Below are positions 62,201-64,000 of a stretch of DNA of 64,000 nt, in pieces. Both the position numbers and the translations under genes were made by a program. Below the pieces are notes generated by a model. It ran no database searches. It worked only from the letters and a program-made list of their open reading frames with translations, and was not told the DNA's origin. Each line of letters opens with the position of its first letter. Position 1 is the stretch's first letter. The stretch lies in NCBI GenBank assembly GCA_964605145.1, contig CAZSBG010000002.1:34753-98752 (forward strand), in the 5' to 3' direction. The DNA comes from an uncultured Cytophagia bacterium (GTDB taxonomy: Bacteria > Zhuqueibacterota > Zhuqueibacteria > Thermofontimicrobiales > Thermofontimicrobiaceae).

Positions 62201-62813
62201 TATGGGGGATTCACTTAACAGGTGGAAATTCTACCAAGGAAGATATGCAAATAGATCTGACCAAAAGCGATAACATTGAATTATCGCTTATTCACAGGCA
62301 GCCATTTTAATTCATTTCTCACCATTTTATGCTGTTAAATTAATTCCTTCCGCATCATACACATCAATATGTTTCAGTTTACAATATTTTATCCAAGTCT
62401 ATAAAAATCAAACTCATGAGAATTCGATAATCCTCAAGTGACTACCCCAAAAATGGTTCTTATGTCCATAATCAACGTTAGAATGTGACAAGAACTAAAT
62501 ATATTTTGGAGAAATAGAGTTCTGCAAATTAACAGTACCTCAGTTCCTCACTATCCTTCGAATATGACAATAATTATAAAAATTTCATAATCGGATTTAT
62601 TAAACAAAAAATATTACATGACGATAATATTATTAGTAAATATTACAGAATAGTATAATATCAATGTTATGCAGAGAAATGCAAAATTGACATAAGTATA
62701 GGATAAAACATTTCAAAAACGAATTACCTACGCGTAATAATATGGAAATAAGACAATTAAATAAGATGAACTATGTTATTTAAAATAAAACAATTATAAA
62801 GGAAGAAAAAAAA

Positions 62814-62828
62814 TGGCATACTTATTGT
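62814..62828 (+). promoter_or_regulatory. Second sigma-54 type -24/-12 promoter candidate
   Basis: TGGCATACTTATTGT, i.e. TGGCAT-N5-TTGT. Same spacing and same TTGT -12 element as 60820-60834. Lies 130 nt upstream of the ATG at 62958. Confidence 0.45.
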
Positions 62829-62957
62829 GAAGTAATAATAACGTGTATAACGGTAATTCAACACATATTTCTTTCTATCAATTAAATATTGGAGTTCAAT
62901 TTAATTCTGTAACGGGTATAATAAGAGGAACCGGGTGAAGTTCTAAGGGCTGCTACT

Positions 62958-64000
62958 ATGATTAAACTGAGACGATTGATGAAGAGAGCGGGGATTATGG
63001 TTGCTTTGTTGTTTTTGCTTACTAAAACAGCGAGTGCCGGAGAATTAACAGTAAGTTGGGATGCAAACGCGGAAAGCGATTTAAAAGGTTATAAATTGTA
63101 TTATGGCACATCAACAGGAAATTACAATACTGTTGTTGATGTGGGCAACGTAATTAATTACAATTTGACCGGGCTTTCCGAAGGTGAAACCTATTTTTTC
63201 GCAGTGACTGCATATGACACTGCATATAATGAAAGCGGATTTTCAGATGAAGTCAGTGCGCAGGTCCAGGTGATTGACGTGACTCCGCCTGAAATTTACG
63301 CGGTGAATGTGACAAATGCGACTTCAATACGACTGACATTCAGCGAAGAGGTTGAGAGGGCATCAGCTGAGAATGTGGCGAATTATAACATCAATAATAA
63401 TGTAACAATCAATTCTATCAGTCTGGATCAGGGAAACCGGGTTGTGCAGATTGAGACATCGCCCCATCAGGCTGGTTCCTACTCGATCGTTGTCAATAAT
63501 GTGAAAGACCTGGCTCCGAATCCGAATACGATCGCAGCCAATAGCAGTTTTGATTATGCGTATGTGCCGGACGATTTCACACCGCCAACCATAACCGAAG
63601 TCCGCAGCGTGGATGAGACCCATGTTGACATTACGTTCAGCGAGGAAGTTGAAAAAGAGTCAGCGGAGACTGTGGAAAATTTTCAGATCAACAACGGAAT
63701 CACTGTTCAACAGGCAGGTTTGGCTGAAAATAAACGAACCGTCCATTTGGTCACAAGTGCTCATGAGTCTGGAGAAACATACGTTGTAACGGTCAGCAAT
63801 ATTCGGGACGTCTCGGTTCAGCACAACAAAATAGCTGCAAACTCATCAGTATCGTATACGTATTATGCCGATGACAGTATTAAACCAACAATCTATTCCG
63901 TAAACATTCGGAATGAAAATTTAGTCGATGTCGTATTTTCAGAAAAAATTGAACAGGCCTCTGCTGAAGATATTTCCAATTATCAAATCAGCAATAATAT
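62958..64000 (+). CDS. Partial (5' end only) secreted FN3 plus tandem Ig-like (SbsA/Big_5-type) repeat surface protein; runs off the window
   Basis: Not in the ORF track because there is no stop before the window end. Hand translation: MIKLRRLMKRAGIMVALLFLLTKTASA; FN3 (LTVSWDANAESDLKGYKLYYG...YFFAVTAYDTAYNESGFSDEV); then ~100-aa repeats beginning TPPEIYAVNV / TPPTITEVRSV / KPTIYSVNI, each with FSE.VE..SAE....NY.I.N. Confidence 0.8.
   Translation, partial: MIKLRRLMKRAGIMVALLFLLTKTASAGELTVSWDANAESDLKGYKLYYGTSTGNYNTVVDVGNVINYNLTGLSEGETYFFAVTAYDTAYNESGFSDEVSAQVQVIDVTPPEIYAVNVTNATSIRLTFSEEVERASAENVANYNINNNVTINSISLDQGNRVVQIETSPHQAGSYSIVVNNVKDLAPNPNTIAANSSFDYAYVPDDFTPPTITEVRSVDETHVDITFSEEVEKESAETVENFQINNGITVQQAGLAENKRTVHLVTSAHESGETYVVTVSNIRDVSVQHNKIAANSSVSYTYYADDSIKPTIYSVNIRNENLVDVVFSEKIEQASAEDISNYQISNN

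Noticed and set aside
1-64000. CRISPR arrays, tRNA/rRNA genes, transposases, integrases, prophage or toxin-antitoxin/defence cassettes
   Set aside because: I looked for regularly spaced direct repeats, cloverleaf-capable GC-rich 70-90-nt islands and recombinase motifs in all track ORFs and found none. Detection of small RNAs by eye is weak, so absence is not proven.

Overview
All homology calls here are by eye from the ORF-track translations and from hand translation of the DNA; no searches or folding programs were run.

The window is AT-rich by eye and densely coding, with about 50 genes on both strands. I found no rRNA, tRNA, CRISPR array, transposase or integrase. Three proteins end in a T9SS type-A C-terminal sorting domain (NYPNPFN...GIYF/YL..L motif). 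That points to an uncultivated member of the FCB superphylum (Ignavibacteria / Calditrichota / Marinimicrobia-like); the taxon is an inference only.

Housekeeping genes I recognise:
- priA and rtcA
- PPi-dependent phosphofructokinase
- archaeal-type nicotinate phosphoribosyltransferase
- dGTPase
- GH13 amylase
- S8 and M28 peptidases
- patatin
- ABC, MFS and SSF transporters
- mglA with Roadblock partners

Things worth a second look:
1. An ECF sigma / anti-sigma operon is followed by a CHAT (caspase-like) protease encoded as two complementary halves in swapped order. The downstream half ends in a nested palindromic, MITE-like element.
2. A ~2830-aa lipoprotein combines a TolB-like propeller, YbgF/BamD-like TPRs and two TPR-CHAT modules. 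The first CHAT has lost its catalytic Cys.
3. A translationally coupled operon encodes a PilM-PilN fusion, PilO-like and PilP-like proteins, a histidine kinase, and a response regulator with zinc ribbons and a degenerate GGDEF. There is no secretin.
4. A sensor-less sigma-54 activator is flanked by two near-identical -24/-12 promoter candidates. One drives a terminator-ended structured RNA; the other drives a large FN3/Ig-repeat surface protein.
5. One of two tandem ~1060-aa T9SS cargo paralogs is interrupted by a single in-frame TGA, followed immediately by two hairpins.
6. An M28 peptidase is frameshifted in an A9 tract.
7. Two unannotated micro-ORFs (43 and 45 aa) are chained by ATGA overlaps upstream of an SSF transporter that carries an embedded soluble domain.
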